DNA of 64,000 nucleotides from Longimicrobiales bacterium (GTDB taxonomy: Bacteria; Gemmatimonadota; Gemmatimonadetes; Longimicrobiales; Gaopeijiaceae): the NCBI GenBank assembly GCA_965219445.1, contig CBDCNQ010000002.1, forward strand, positions 640,001 to 704,000, in the 5' to 3' direction. Positions within the stretch are counted from its first letter, which is position 1; the number at the start of each line of letters is the position of its first letter. The position numbers and the translations under genes are program-made. The notes under the pieces are model-generated. The model ran no database searches, was not told the origin of the DNA, and was given only the letters and a program-made list of their open reading frames with translations. This document shows, one piece after another, positions 39,575 to 50,090 of the stretch.

Positions 39575-40131
39575 GAAGGACTCCCCAGGCCTGCGGCCTC
39601 TCCCCCACTGGGCTCAGCTCCACCTTCACCCACCGGGTCTTTCTCATCGCTCCCTTTGGACTCCGGCGGCCCCTGCCACACCTCCGGCAACGTGACGAGT
39701 TCCGCAACGATGAACAGGACGGCACCGATGGGCACGACGGACTGGGCCAGGCGTTGGGGCACCCACGGAAGGCTCACGAGCGTATCGCCACCGAGAATCC
39801 CGAAGACCCGCCATCCCGCCCACGCGGTCACCATGAAAAACAAGAGGACGAACGCCTCTCCCAGCAGGATCAGCGGGCGACGGAAGCGGGGGGCGAGTCC
39901 GTCCACCAATTTCGGGAACCCGATGTGGGCGCGGTGGAGCGCGGCCAGCACCGCACCGTAGAAGGTGAGCCAGGCAAGGAGGATCGAGGCCACCTCGTCG
40001 TACCAAACGAGCGCGGCCCCGAGCCTCCTGAAGGCGACGCCGAGTACCACGACCAGGGCCAGCGCCACCATCAGAACCACGACGGCGAATTCGAGGGCTC
40101 GTTGGAGGCCCTGTCGGAATTCTCGGCGCAT
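39571..40131 (-). CDS. dctQ: TRAP transporter small permease
   Basis: Four TM helices, WYDEVA, W.TFYGA, HI; between dctP and dctM. Confidence 0.9.
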   Translation of the reverse strand: MRREFRQGLQRALEFAVVVLMVALALVVVLGVAFRRLGAALVWYDEVASILLAWLTFYGAVLAALHRAHIGFPKLVDGLAPRFRRPLILLGEAFVLLFFMVTAWAGWRVFGILGGDTLVSLPWVPQRLAQSVVPIGAVLFIVAELVTLPEVWQGPPESKGSDEKDPVGEGGAEPSGGEAAGLGSPS

Positions 40132-40152
40132 ATGGAGTCTCAGGGGCGAGCG

Positions 40153-41148
40153 CTACGCCCCTTCGGCAAGGGCCAACGCCGCCGTTACCAAGGCGTCCCC
40201 ACCCTCCACCGTGTTTCCAAACTCCTCGAAGATCTCCACGCTGGCTCGGACGAACTCGTCTCGGTCGGCCTCATTCACCTCGACGCCCGCTTCGCGAAGC
40301 TCGTCGAGGAAATCGGAATCCATCTGAGCGGCCGTCTCATGCACGAAGGATCGGGTTTCGGTCGCGATCCGTCGGAGGCTCACCTGGACATCCTCGGGCA
40401 GGCGATTCCAGCTCGCCCCCACAGTGAGGTACGCCGGCGTGTACACGTGGCCGGTGAGAGAGAGATACGTCTGCACTTCTTGGAACTTGGAGGCATGAAT
40501 CTGAGCCAAGGGGTTCTCTTGGCCGTCCATGACGCCTGTCTGAAGAGCCACGAAGACCTCGGAAAGGGGCATCGGCGTGGGGTTTGCTCCGAAGGCCTGA
40601 AAGAGCCTCACTCGCCATATCCCCCTCGGGGTTCGGAGCTTGATCCCCGAGAGATCCGAGGGCGTGACCACCGGCCTCGTGTTGTTCGTCACGTGGCGAA
40701 ACCCGTTTTCCCAGACGGCCAAGATGGTGTAGTCCCGCTCTTCCGCCTGCGGGACGAGCAGGGGCCAGACGATCTCTTCCTCGATACGTCTCATGTGGGC
40801 CCGGTCCTGGACCAAGTACGGCATTTCGAAGAGGCCGAATGCGTCCACCGTCGACGACATGATGGTGGAGGGAAGAGCGAAGTCGAGCGTGCCCAGCTTG
40901 AGCTTCTGGAGCATCACTTCGTCTCCGCCCAACTGGCTCGATCCGAAGACGTTCACCTGCACCCGACCGGCCAGCTCCGCGTTCGCCCTCCGCGCGAACT
41001 CTTCGGCGGAAGCGGCAAAGAGCGATCCGGGCGCGCCCACATGACCGAAGCTGAGATCGATGACGCTCCCCTCCCCCGCCTCACCGCCACAGCCGCCGGC
41101 GACGAAGACGATCAGAAAGGCGACCCCGATGACGCGACCAAGCCTCAC
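40153..41148 (-). CDS. dctP: TRAP transporter substrate-binding lipoprotein (start approximate)
   Basis: SQLG, WENGFRH, DLSGIKLR, ALQTGVMDGQENP; lipobox AGGC. Confidence 0.92.
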   Translation of the reverse strand: MRLGRVIGVAFLIVFVAGGCGGEAGEGSVIDLSFGHVGAPGSLFAASAEEFARRANAELAGRVQVNVFGSSQLGGDEVMLQKLKLGTLDFALPSTIMSSTVDAFGLFEMPYLVQDRAHMRRIEEEIVWPLLVPQAEERDYTILAVWENGFRHVTNNTRPVVTPSDLSGIKLRTPRGIWRVRLFQAFGANPTPMPLSEVFVALQTGVMDGQENPLAQIHASKFQEVQTYLSLTGHVYTPAYLTVGASWNRLPEDVQVSLRRIATETRSFVHETAAQMDSDFLDELREAGVEVNEADRDEFVRASVEIFEEFGNTVEGGDALVTAALALAEGA

Positions 41149-41207
41149 GGACCACCCTATTTCCAACGTGCGCCTCCTCCCTTCCCTCATACGTCTCCTC
41201 CCTCTCC

Positions 41208-42386
41208 TCATTCGTCTCCTCCTTCGGTGGACCACACCTCCAGGGCCGCCCCAACGCCTCCCGGGCAATGTGGCACGCCTGCAAGCGCCAAACCCATCTC
41301 GATACCGCACAGCGTTCCCGCGACCGTCAGCTCGTTGATGTCGCCCAGGTGCCCGATCCGGAAAACATCACCCTTCAGCTTGCCCAGTCCACTACCCAGC
41401 GACATGTCAAAGCGCTCCAGGATGATCTTGCGAAGCGCGTCGGCGTCCGTCCCGTCCGGCATCTTGACCGTGGTCTGTGCGGAGCTGAACCCCGATTCTT
41501 CGAGGCAGAAATTCTCGAGGCCCCACGCGGCCACGGCGGCCCGAGTCGCCCTCGCCAATCGAGCGTGCCGCTTCAGGGTGTTCTCCCGGCCCTCCTCGTT
41601 CAGCATCGCGAGCGACTCGTCGAGCCCGTAGAGCAGATTCGTGGCGGGCGTGTAGGGAAAGTAACCATTCTCGTTGGCGTTCAGCATCGTGCTCCAGTCC
41701 CAATACGACCGCGGCAGGCCCGCGTTCTGGTGAGCCTGCAGCGCTTTTGGGCTCACGGCCGCGAAGCTCAGACCCGGGGGAAGCATGAGACCCTTCTGGG
41801 AGCCCGTGATGGTCACGTCGATGCCCCACTCGTCGTGGAGCAGCTCCATCGCGCACAGGGAAGACACCGCGTCGACCATGAGAAGCGCGGGATGGCCGGC
41901 CCGGTCGATGGCTGCCCGAATGCCCGGAACGTCGCTCTTCACCCCCGTGGACGTCTCGTTGTGGGTCATTAGAACCGCCTTGATCGCGCCCTCCTTATCG
42001 TCGCGCAGGTGCTCTTCCACCACGGCGGGGTCGACGGGCCTCCTCCAATCCCAGGGCAGAGTGTCGACCGTGAGCCCCACGGCGCAGGCCACCGCCCCCC
42101 AGGTCTCGCAGAAGTGTCCGTTGTCGTAGCGCACGACCCTGTCACCAGGCGACAGGGTGTTCACCAGCGCCGCCTCCCATGATCCGCTTCCCGACGCCGG
42201 ATACACGAAGACGTGTTCGGAGGCCCCGAAGACCTCCTTCAACCCCGCGAGAATCCGCTTGCCCAGCTCCGCGAACCCCGGTCCCCGGTGGTCGACCGGC
42301 GGCCGGTCCATCGCCCTCAGGATCCGGTCCGGAACATTCGTGGGTCCAGGGAGCTGAAGGAAATGTCGTCCAGACCGAAATTTCAT
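41208..42386 (-). CDS. Class V aminotransferase, serine/alanine-glyoxylate aminotransferase-like
   Basis: GRHFLQLPGPTNVP, HNETSTGV, VDAVSS, GSQKG PLP lysine, FRIGHLG. Confidence 0.9.
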   Translation of the reverse strand: MKFRSGRHFLQLPGPTNVPDRILRAMDRPPVDHRGPGFAELGKRILAGLKEVFGASEHVFVYPASGSGSWEAALVNTLSPGDRVVRYDNGHFCETWGAVACAVGLTVDTLPWDWRRPVDPAVVEEHLRDDKEGAIKAVLMTHNETSTGVKSDVPGIRAAIDRAGHPALLMVDAVSSLCAMELLHDEWGIDVTITGSQKGLMLPPGLSFAAVSPKALQAHQNAGLPRSYWDWSTMLNANENGYFPYTPATNLLYGLDESLAMLNEEGRENTLKRHARLARATRAAVAAWGLENFCLEESGFSSAQTTVKMPDGTDADALRKIILERFDMSLGSGLGKLKGDVFRIGHLGDINELTVAGTLCGIEMGLALAGVPHCPGGVGAALEVWSTEGGDE

Positions 42387-42503
42387 GCGGCTGCAATCTC
42401 GGATGAGGGTGACCTCGTGCGCGTACAGGCGGGGTGAGCCGAGTAGCGAGCGCGAGAACGGATCGCTGGGCGCAAATAATGGCACGGCGCTACCTTTCCC
42501 GCC

Positions 42504-45440
42504 ATGACAAGCAGAACAACATCCTCTTCCGATCCATCCCTCGCCTCTTCCGATCGGTCTCTCGCCACCCGTCTCGGGGGCGAATTGGAAGGCGAAGTGC
42601 TCTTCGATTCCTTCAGCAGAGGGCTCTACTCCACCGACGCGTCCATCTACCAGATCGAGCCGGTCGGCGTCGTCGTTCCGAGAACCACGGCAGACGTGCT
42701 CCGGACACTCGAGATCGCGAGCGAGGCCGGCCTCTCCGTGACACCGAGGGGTGCCGGCACCTCGCAGTCCGGTCAGGCCATCGGCGAGGGGCTCGTAATG
42801 GATACGAGCAAGTACCTGACCGGAATCGGGGAGCTCGACCGGGACGCCCAGACGATCCGGGTCCAGCCCGGCGTCGTCCTCGATCGCCTCAACCGGGAGC
42901 TGGCGCCCCACGGATTCTTCTTTCCGGTCGACGTGGCCACCGCGAGCCGCGCCACCCTGGGCGGGATGACCGCGAACAACAGCGCGGGTGCCCGCTCGGT
43001 CCGCTATGGGATGATGGTCGACAACGTGAAGCGCGTGAGTGGATCCCTCGCCGACGGGACGCCCGTGAGCTTCGGCCTCCAAGTCCCGCCCGGGGGGGTG
43101 GAGTCCGAGCTGGCCTCGACCCTCGGGGCGCTCCGGAGACGGGAACACGACGAGCTGGAGCGCAGGATCCCGAAGGTCATGCGCAGGGTCGCCGGTTATA
43201 ACCTCGATCGAATCTCCCCGGACGGCGGTGACATCGTGCGCCTTTTGGTCGGGTCCGAGGGCACCCTCGCGTTCTTCACCGAGCTGGAGCTTCAGCTCGA
43301 GCCGCTCCCATCGAAGACGGTTCTCGGAGTGTGTGCCTTCCCCGATCTGGCGTCTGCTCTGAACGCGGTCCCGCCGATCATGGAGCTCGAGCCCTCCGCC
43401 GTCGAGCTGGTCGACGGCACGCTGCTCGATCTGGCCCGGGAGATTCCGACGCTGGGCACCGCGGTACGGGAATTCGTCCGTGGAGATCCGCGCGCCTTAC
43501 TCATTGTCGAGTTCTCGGGACCGCACGGAGATCGGGTTTCCGACGATCTTCACAGGCTCGAGGAGTTGTTGGGGGATCTCGGACACCCCGACGCCCTCGT
43601 TCGTGCCGAAGCCGATGACTTTCAGCAAAGGATCTGGGCCGTAAGGAAGGCGTCGATGAACGTCGTCATGTCGATGAAGGGGGACCGAAAGCCGGTCTCC
43701 TTCATCGAAGACTGCACGATACCCCTCGAGCACCTGGCCGAGTACGGCGCGCTTCTGGAGGACGTGTTCCGCCGTCACGGCACCTCGGGCACTTGGTATG
43801 CGCACGCCTCCGTGGGCTGCTTGCACGTACGGCCGATCTTGAATCTCAAGCTGGACCAGGACCTACGGGCCATGCGCGCCATCGCGGAGGAAGCGCATGA
43901 GCTCGTCCGGAACTTCGGGGGATCGCACTCCGGCGAGCACGGTGACGGCATGGTGCGCTCCGAGTTCCTGGAGCCGATGTTGGGGAGTCGGATCGTCGAG
44001 GCGTTCAACGAGGTCAAGTCGGCGTTCGACCCGTCCGGCACGCTCAACCCCGGGAAGATCGTCGACCCTTCCCGCATGGACGACCGATCGCTGATGCGCT
44101 ACCGCAGTGGGTACGCTCCCCTGCCTGTGACCACAGCGCTGGACTGGTCGACGTGGGGTGGGTGGGCAGGCGCCACCGAGATGTGCAACAACAACGGAGC
44201 CTGCCGCAAGACCGACCCCGGTGTCATGTGCCCCTCGTTCCGCGCCACCGGAGACGAGCGCCACACCACGCGCGGCAGGGCCAACTCGCTGCGGCTGGCC
44301 CTCACGGGACAGCTGGGCGCCGACGCCCTCACGTCTTCCGAGATGTACGACACGCTCTCACTCTGTGTGGGGTGCAAGGCATGCGGGAAGGAGTGCCCCA
44401 CGGGCGTCGACATGGCCCGCATGAAGATCGAGTTCCTGCACCATTACCACCGGCGTCACGGACTCCCCCTTCGCGAGCGTCTCGTCGCATGGCTTCCCCG
44501 GTACGCGCGGTGGGCGGCCCGTTTCCCGAGGCTGATGAACCTGGGCCGCCCGAAGGGGCTCCTGGCGCGTGCGGGGGAGCGGCTGCTCGGCCTCACCGCA
44601 AGCCGCGAGCGTCCCCGTTGGCGGAGGGACGTGTTCCGGGCGAGGAACGCGGTCCGGCGGAGAGAAGGCCCCGGTGACGGGGACGGCCGGCCCGAGGTTC
44701 TCCTCTGGGTCGACACCTTCAACACGTACTTCGAGCCCGGGAACGCCCAAGCCGCGCTTCGGGTCCTCGACGCGGCAGGATTCCGGGTTCGCTTCCCGAC
44801 CCTGCCAGGACGACCGCCCTGCTGTGGCCGCACGTTCCTGAACGCGGGTTTGGTGGATCCCGCCCGCCAGGAGGCCCAACGTCTTCTGAGCGCCCTCTCT
44901 CCATGGGTCGAGAGGGGGGTTCCCGTCGTGGGGTTGGAGCCGTCGTGCCTCCTCACGCTCCGCGATGAGATCCCGACCCTCCTTCCCGGTGGGGCAAGCG
45001 AGAGCGTCGCGGACGCCTCGCTACTCCTCGACGAATTCCTGCTGCGGGAGACAGAGGCGGGCCGGGCGTCGCTCGATCTCGGCCCCGTGGAAGCCCAGAC
45101 GGCCCTGGTTCACACGCACTGCCATCAGAAGGCCCTCGGCCGGGAGGGCGCGACCGAAGCCGTGCTGCGGCGGATCCCCGGGCTCGACGTCCACACGCTG
45201 CGCTCGGGATGTTGCGGTATGGCCGGAGCGTTCGGTTATGAAGCCGAGCATTACGACGTGTCGATGGCCATGGGAGAGCTCGATCTACTTCCCGCGGTGC
45301 GAAACGCGGCCCCCGACACTTGGGTGCTCGCGGCCGGTGTGAGCTGTCGCCATCAGATCGCTCACGGAGCCGGGCGTTCGTCCCTCACGCTGGCGCAAGC
45401 GCTGGAGGCTTCTCTCGGTGGACACCTAGCCCAGCCCTGA
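42504..45440 (+). CDS. FAD-binding + 4Fe-4S 2-hydroxyacid oxidoreductase (GlcD/GlcF-like fusion, YdiJ-like)
   Basis: [37 protein letters not shown], CxxCxxCxxxCP and CCG domains. Confidence 0.92.
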   Translation: MTSRTTSSSDPSLASSDRSLATRLGGELEGEVLFDSFSRGLYSTDASIYQIEPVGVVVPRTTADVLRTLEIASEAGLSVTPRGAGTSQSGQAIGEGLVMDTSKYLTGIGELDRDAQTIRVQPGVVLDRLNRELAPHGFFFPVDVATASRATLGGMTANNSAGARSVRYGMMVDNVKRVSGSLADGTPVSFGLQVPPGGVESELASTLGALRRREHDELERRIPKVMRRVAGYNLDRISPDGGDIVRLLVGSEGTLAFFTELELQLEPLPSKTVLGVCAFPDLASALNAVPPIMELEPSAVELVDGTLLDLAREIPTLGTAVREFVRGDPRALLIVEFSGPHGDRVSDDLHRLEELLGDLGHPDALVRAEADDFQQRIWAVRKASMNVVMSMKGDRKPVSFIEDCTIPLEHLAEYGALLEDVFRRHGTSGTWYAHASVGCLHVRPILNLKLDQDLRAMRAIAEEAHELVRNFGGSHSGEHGDGMVRSEFLEPMLGSRIVEAFNEVKSAFDPSGTLNPGKIVDPSRMDDRSLMRYRSGYAPLPVTTALDWSTWGGWAGATEMCNNNGACRKTDPGVMCPSFRATGDERHTTRGRANSLRLALTGQLGADALTSSEMYDTLSLCVGCKACGKECPTGVDMARMKIEFLHHYHRRHGLPLRERLVAWLPRYARWAARFPRLMNLGRPKGLLARAGERLLGLTASRERPRWRRDVFRARNAVRRREGPGDGDGRPEVLLWVDTFNTYFEPGNAQAALRVLDAAGFRVRFPTLPGRPPCCGRTFLNAGLVDPARQEAQRLLSALSPWVERGVPVVGLEPSCLLTLRDEIPTLLPGGASESVADASLLLDEFLLRETEAGRASLDLGPVEAQTALVHTHCHQKALGREGATEAVLRRIPGLDVHTLRSGCCGMAGAFGYEAEHYDVSMAMGELDLLPAVRNAAPDTWVLAAGVSCRHQIAHGAGRSSLTLAQALEASLGGHLAQP

Positions 45441-45444
45441 GCTC

Positions 45445-46448
45445 ATGCAAGCAGTCGTCTTAACCAGGACCGCACCGGTTGACGAGTCACCGCTCGAGTT
45501 GTGTGAGATCGACCTTCCCATGCCTGGCCCCGGAGAGGTACGCGTCCGAGTGAGGGCGTGCGGCGTGTGCCGGACAGATCTGCACATTATCGAGGGAGTT
45601 TAGCGCCCGAGGTGAAGCGGCCGGTGGTTCCCGGCCACCAGGTGGTAGGCGTGGTCGATCGGCTTGGTGAGGACTGCGAGCATTTCGTGGTAGGACAACG
45701 CATCGGTATCGCGTGGTTGCGGAGCACGGACGGCACCTGTCGGTTCTGTCGCACCGCGAGAGAGAACCTTTGTCCAGAATCGCGTTACACCGGCTACCAT
45801 TACGACGGGGGTTACGCGGAATATGCCGTGGTTCCTGAGTCGTTCGCTTACGCCTTACCGGATGAATTCGACGACGCGACCACAGCACCACTGCTGTGCG
45901 CCGGAATCATCGGCTACCGAGCCCTCGAGCGCGCACAAGTGCCGTCCGAGGGAAAGTTGCTCTTGGTTGGATTTGGCTCCTCTGCTCACGTTACCCTCCA
46001 AATCGCCCTGTACCGAGGTCACGAAGTGTTTGTCGTAACTCGCAGCGAGGGACATATGCAGACCGCACGCGAGATGGGCGCCGCCTGGGCCGGCGCGGAC
46101 ACTGCAGCGCCGCCGGCGAAGATGGACAGCGCGGTGTTGTTCGCCCCAGTGGGACATCTCGTGCCGCCGATCATGGGCGCGCTGGAACGAGGCGGCACGC
46201 TCTCGATCGCCGGAATTCACCTCACCGACATACCTCCACTGCGGTACCAAGAACACTTGTTCCATGACAAGCAGATTCGGTCGGTCGCCGCGAATACGCG
46301 TGAAGACGGACGCGGCATGTTGGCGGAGGCGGTTCAGGCTGACGTCAAGCCACAGGTGACCACCTATCGGCTCGCGGACGTAAACAGGGCGTTACAGGAC
46401 ATGAAGCATAGCAGAACACATGGAACGGGGGTGTTGATGATCGACTAG
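45445..46448 (+). pseudogene. Zinc-dependent alcohol dehydrogenase family, frameshifted near 45598
   Basis: First frame MQAVVL...[14 protein letters not shown] then another frame continues PGHQVVG, CRFC..ENLC, LLCAG; could be a sequencing error. Confidence 0.8.
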
Positions 46449-46471
46449 GGCTTCCTCACTCCCCTCAACGG

Positions 46472-46870
46472 TCAGTTGACAAAGATCTCCATGATCTCCA
46501 CGGCCGTGGAGCCGCCGTTGTGGAACCCGTGTTGGGTGCCTCCCGCGAGGAAATAGGGGTGCCACGGTTGGACGTCCACGGACTCTGCTCCCTCCAGGTT
46601 CAGCTGCATGGGGCCTGAGATAGGAACGAACAAATGGAACTGGACCGCGCTGTGCCCGTGGATCGGGCGCGTGCCGCCAGCCTCCACGACGACCCGCAGG
46701 GCGCGGACCTCGGACTGTTCGCGCAGGACGGCATTGCTGACTCCCACGTTGCCCTCGCCCGTGAGCGGGCGGAGAGGGGAGGAGTGATCGCCGGTGACCG
46801 GCGGTGTCTGTGCCACCAGGGCCACGGAGAGCATCGCGAGTCCAACGGCTGCCACGGCGTACCTGTACAT
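46472..46870 (-). CDS. Secreted cupin domain protein
   Basis: Signal peptide; HGH...H...GGTQHGF cupin motifs. Confidence 0.75.
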   Translation of the reverse strand: MYRYAVAAVGLAMLSVALVAQTPPVTGDHSSPLRPLTGEGNVGVSNAVLREQSEVRALRVVVEAGGTRPIHGHSAVQFHLFVPISGPMQLNLEGAESVDVQPWHPYFLAGGTQHGFHNGGSTAVEIMEIFVN

Positions 46871-46999
46871 TTGGTTTCCTCCTGGCTAGTTCGGAAAAAG
46901 GCGAGAGCCCAGCTAAGCTGGGATAATGTTGCGGGGCCAAACATCCGAGAGGGGGCCGGTAGACGCAAGATCTCCTGCCCTCTCACGGGCAGGGGTCTC

Positions 47000-47464
47000 C
47001 TACTCAACCATATTGTAGCGGATGTTCAGCCAGGTGATCGATTGGGTCTCCCTCATGCCGTGGAGAGTTCCGGCCGGGATGAAGATCACATCGCCTGCCG
47101 CGATCACCCGCTCGACTCCGCCGACATGCTCGCCGTTGACCATCTCGCCCCCGGTCGCCAGGACGCCCGAGCCCCTCCGCACGACCCAGACGTCGACCGT
47201 CTCCGGATGAGATCGCATCGTCGACGTCTCCCGCGTGACGTTTTCGTCGTGCCGAATGTTCACGTTGTGCGTCACGCCCTCGAGCAGCCGGACGGTCGAC
47301 ACCCCCTCGGCCTCCATCATGTCGATTTCGTTCACGAGGACCTGGACCGGAAGATCGGCCGCCCGATCCGTCGGCGCGTGGTCACGAACCAACAACTGCG
47401 CCGCTGCGGGCGCCGTGCCACCGAGGCTGACGGCGCCAACCAACACCAGAATGTGAGTGCGCAT
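47000..47464 (-). CDS. Secreted cupin-like protein
   Basis: Signal peptide; H....D.W.V..G.G.L.TGG and GDVIFIPAGTLH. Confidence 0.75.
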   Translation of the reverse strand: MRTHILVLVGAVSLGGTAPAAAQLLVRDHAPTDRAADLPVQVLVNEIDMMEAEGVSTVRLLEGVTHNVNIRHDENVTRETSTMRSHPETVDVWVVRRGSGVLATGGEMVNGEHVGGVERVIAAGDVIFIPAGTLHGMRETQSITWLNIRYNMVE

Positions 47465-47513
47465 CTTGAACTCCTAGGAAATAGTCCGCTTACCGTGGCC
47501 ATGCCGCCCTCGC

Positions 47514-47804
47514 CTAGCTCAGATGTACGGCCACCTGACCCTCGGAGATCGAGGGCGGGCTCACCCCCAAATCCGATGCGTTCGCCTGTACCCAATCCCG
47601 TGCAATTTGGATGCTCTCATCTGTACCTGTCTTGTCTTCACAGACCGTCACGGTGACGCCGCCATCATCCGTGTGGATCAGCGAATAGGATACGAAGCCG
47701 CTAACGGGACGGATGAGATCCTCCACCTCCCCCCTTCGCTGCTCTATTAACTCGAAAAGCTCTTTCGCCCCTGGACCTGAATAGGTTCTCACCACTGCAT
47801 GCAT
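47514..47804 (-). CDS. Small hypothetical protein, possibly ABM-like alpha/beta barrel
   Basis: RBS GGAGGT; PVSGFVSYSL pattern; 96 aa. Confidence 0.6.
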   Translation of the reverse strand: MHAVVRTYSGPGAKELFELIEQRRGEVEDLIRPVSGFVSYSLIHTDDGGVTVTVCEDKTGTDESIQIARDWVQANASDLGVSPPSISEGQVAVHLS

Positions 47805-47861
47805 GACCTCTACCTCCCCTTGCGCGGTTAATAAGAACGCGGGCCAAGTCTCCGGGCCGTT

Positions 47862-48800
47862 TCAGAACTGAAGGGGCACGGGGCACGTGCTGCCCCTATT
47901 CTCCCCTCTCACCCATGCAGCCAGCTCCTGCCATTCCGGATCGTCCTGGGATTCCCATCGCTTCCCACCACCATGCATGGGTGTCCCCCCTCCATCGGGA
48001 TGAAGAGTATTCTGCAGAAACAGGCTCTCCATCGGGTACCCAGGGGTAACAAACCGCATTACGACTTCGAAATTCCGACGCGATTCCTCTTCATTCCAAT
48101 ATGCGCGCCCTTCCGGAATGGGGGGAGCAAACCCCCTCGTCCCCCCTGTGTGGCAGGTAGCACAAGGAACGGCGCCTTCCCGCGGATTGAGAAACACCCG
48201 CTGCACGCAACTGCGGAAGAAGTCGAAATCGACCTCCGGCGGAGCCGGGCGGGCGGCCACTGGACGGGCCGACCCGGATTCCACCCATTCGGCCAGGAGC
48301 TGCCATTCCGGATGGTCCTGGGACTCCCAAAACTTGCCGCCGACGTGGTACTTGGTGCCTCCCGCCTCGGTCGCGAGCGGCTTCCGAAGAAGACGACTGT
48401 TCTGCGGGAAGCCGGGGCTGACCAAACGCGAAACGACCTCGAAGTTGTGGCGAGATCGCGCTTCGGTCCAATACGGATCACCGCCAGCATCATGTTGCAG
48501 CGGCTGGAGCTTAAAGGGAGTCCCAACCTGCCATGAATGACACATGACACACGCGCCCGGGACCAGCCCACCCTCTCCATGCCCTCTTAGGAAGATCGGC
48601 TCGATGTTTTCCCTATAGAACTCGAAACTCAGGACGTTCTGTGCCTCGCCGGGGGAGGTCCACGATCCGTCGAATGCGGCCTCTGCGGGCCCCGCGTGAC
48701 TTCCAAGCACGAAAGCACCAAGAGCCACGGCGGCAGCTGACACCCAGAAGGTCGCCAGGACTCTCCGAGGCCACTCCGCGGTGGGCGTCATCTTTCCCAT
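47862..48800 (-). CDS. Exported diheme c-type cytochrome built from two internal repeats
   Basis: CVMCH and CATCH, each followed by SR.NFEVV and H.GGK.WESQD.PEWQ.LA.WV; RBS GGAGGT. Confidence 0.8.
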   Translation of the reverse strand: MGKMTPTAEWPRRVLATFWVSAAAVALGAFVLGSHAGPAEAAFDGSWTSPGEAQNVLSFEFYRENIEPIFLRGHGEGGLVPGACVMCHSWQVGTPFKLQPLQHDAGGDPYWTEARSRHNFEVVSRLVSPGFPQNSRLLRKPLATEAGGTKYHVGGKFWESQDHPEWQLLAEWVESGSARPVAARPAPPEVDFDFFRSCVQRVFLNPREGAVPCATCHTGGTRGFAPPIPEGRAYWNEEESRRNFEVVMRFVTPGYPMESLFLQNTLHPDGGGTPMHGGGKRWESQDDPEWQELAAWVRGENRGSTCPVPLQF

Positions 48801-48802
48801 GG

Positions 48803-49912
48803 TCACCTCCTGCTCGCTGCGTGTTCCGTCATGCGAATCACATCGGCCGGGACAAAGAAGGTCCGCATCCTCTTCGGCGAGTCCCCGACTTTGATCCGGT
48901 CGACGACGGTCAGTGTTTCCAGGTCTACGACAGTGGTCTCGTCGCGCCCCGTTGAGGCGACATACAAGTATCGACTGTCCGGCGTGGACGTAAGCCAAGA
49001 TGAAACGCCGACGTCTACGCCCCCGATCCATTCGAGATCCGGAAGAGTCCATCCAGCAACCCTGCCGGACACACGGGAAACAACCCACACGGCCGACTGG
49101 TCAGCGAGCACTTCGACACCGTGAGCGAGAGAGTTCCGCACCCCGAGGAGGTTGTACTTCGACAACGGGGCACGCGGTGCCACGATCTTGTCCACAACCT
49201 CCCTCTTCTCGAAATCCACAACCACGAAGCCCTCGAGACTGGATATGTTCACGAAGATCCGCTTGGTCGAGCCGTCCGGATTCGTCTCGAAGCCCATGGG
49301 GCGCACTCCCTCGGTCATAGCTTCCGGCCCTAGCGACCACGCGATCTCATCCGTGCTCGTGTCAATCACCGAAAGCGTCCGCGCCCCAATCATGCCCGCG
49401 GTGATGTATCTGCCGTCGGGCGTAGCGAACGTGTTGTGTACCCCCCCCGCCGTGGGAATGGACTTCACGATCTCATCGGTATCCATGTCGATGACCTGGA
49501 CCATTGGGGCCGCGGAAATCGCGGCATATACCTTACGGGCCCGGCTGCTGGAGGCGATGTTGTTGGGCCGCGCAGCCAGGGGGATACGCTTGATAACTTG
49601 AAGGGTGCGGGCATCGACGACGTCAACGCTGATGTCGTGCTCGTTCGTCACGTAGTACTTGCTGCCTTCGGGGTTGACCGTAATTCCATGTGGCAGGCCC
49701 AAGCCTTCGATGATGCCGATGACCTTGTTCGATGCCGGATCGATCAGGTGAGTATCGGAGCCGCCGGAGCTCGTCTGTGCAATAAGTAGGGCCGTCCCAT
49801 TCTGGCCCGCCAGCGGCGAAGTCTGAATCTGGGCCGCCAGCGGTCCCGCGAGGAACAGCATCCCCGCGGCAAGCAGGCAACTTCTGCGATAGTTGCGGCG
49901 TGCATTCGACAT
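48803..49912 (-). CDS. Secreted YncE/YVTN-like beta-propeller protein
   Basis: PHGI, VDVVD, VHNT, AHGV, GDSPK repeats; ends 2 bp before the cytochrome start. Confidence 0.8.
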   Translation of the reverse strand: MSNARRNYRRSCLLAAGMLFLAGPLAAQIQTSPLAGQNGTALLIAQTSSGGSDTHLIDPASNKVIGIIEGLGLPHGITVNPEGSKYYVTNEHDISVDVVDARTLQVIKRIPLAARPNNIASSSRARKVYAAISAAPMVQVIDMDTDEIVKSIPTAGGVHNTFATPDGRYITAGMIGARTLSVIDTSTDEIAWSLGPEAMTEGVRPMGFETNPDGSTKRIFVNISSLEGFVVVDFEKREVVDKIVAPRAPLSKYNLLGVRNSLAHGVEVLADQSAVWVVSRVSGRVAGWTLPDLEWIGGVDVGVSSWLTSTPDSRYLYVASTGRDETTVVDLETLTVVDRIKVGDSPKRMRTFFVPADVIRMTEHAASRR

Positions 49913-50090
49913 TCAAGCCTCCATGGTTGGTGATGGAAACTCAGCCCGGGATGAGGACACGCTCCTAACCTGGCCCAGCCGGAAGCAAACCGCCAGGCCA
50001 CCCCAGCGTACTATTGCCACCCAGCGGCTACGTCTCCAGTATGCTGGACCAGTTGAGAATCCTTATCACAGTCTTGCTGAGGGACTCGAG

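Noticed and set aside
41173..41227. Degenerate about 21-bp repeats at the aminotransferase stop
   Set aside because: Best explained as local slippage duplications; no function evident
38504..41631. Long + strand ORFs (485 aa and 625 aa)
   Set aside because: Antisense shadows of dctPQM, typical of high-GC DNA; no motifs
42387..43148. N-terminal extension of the aminotransferase (646-aa ORF)
   Set aside because: Antisense to the FAD oxidoreductase; family similarity begins at MKFRSGRHF
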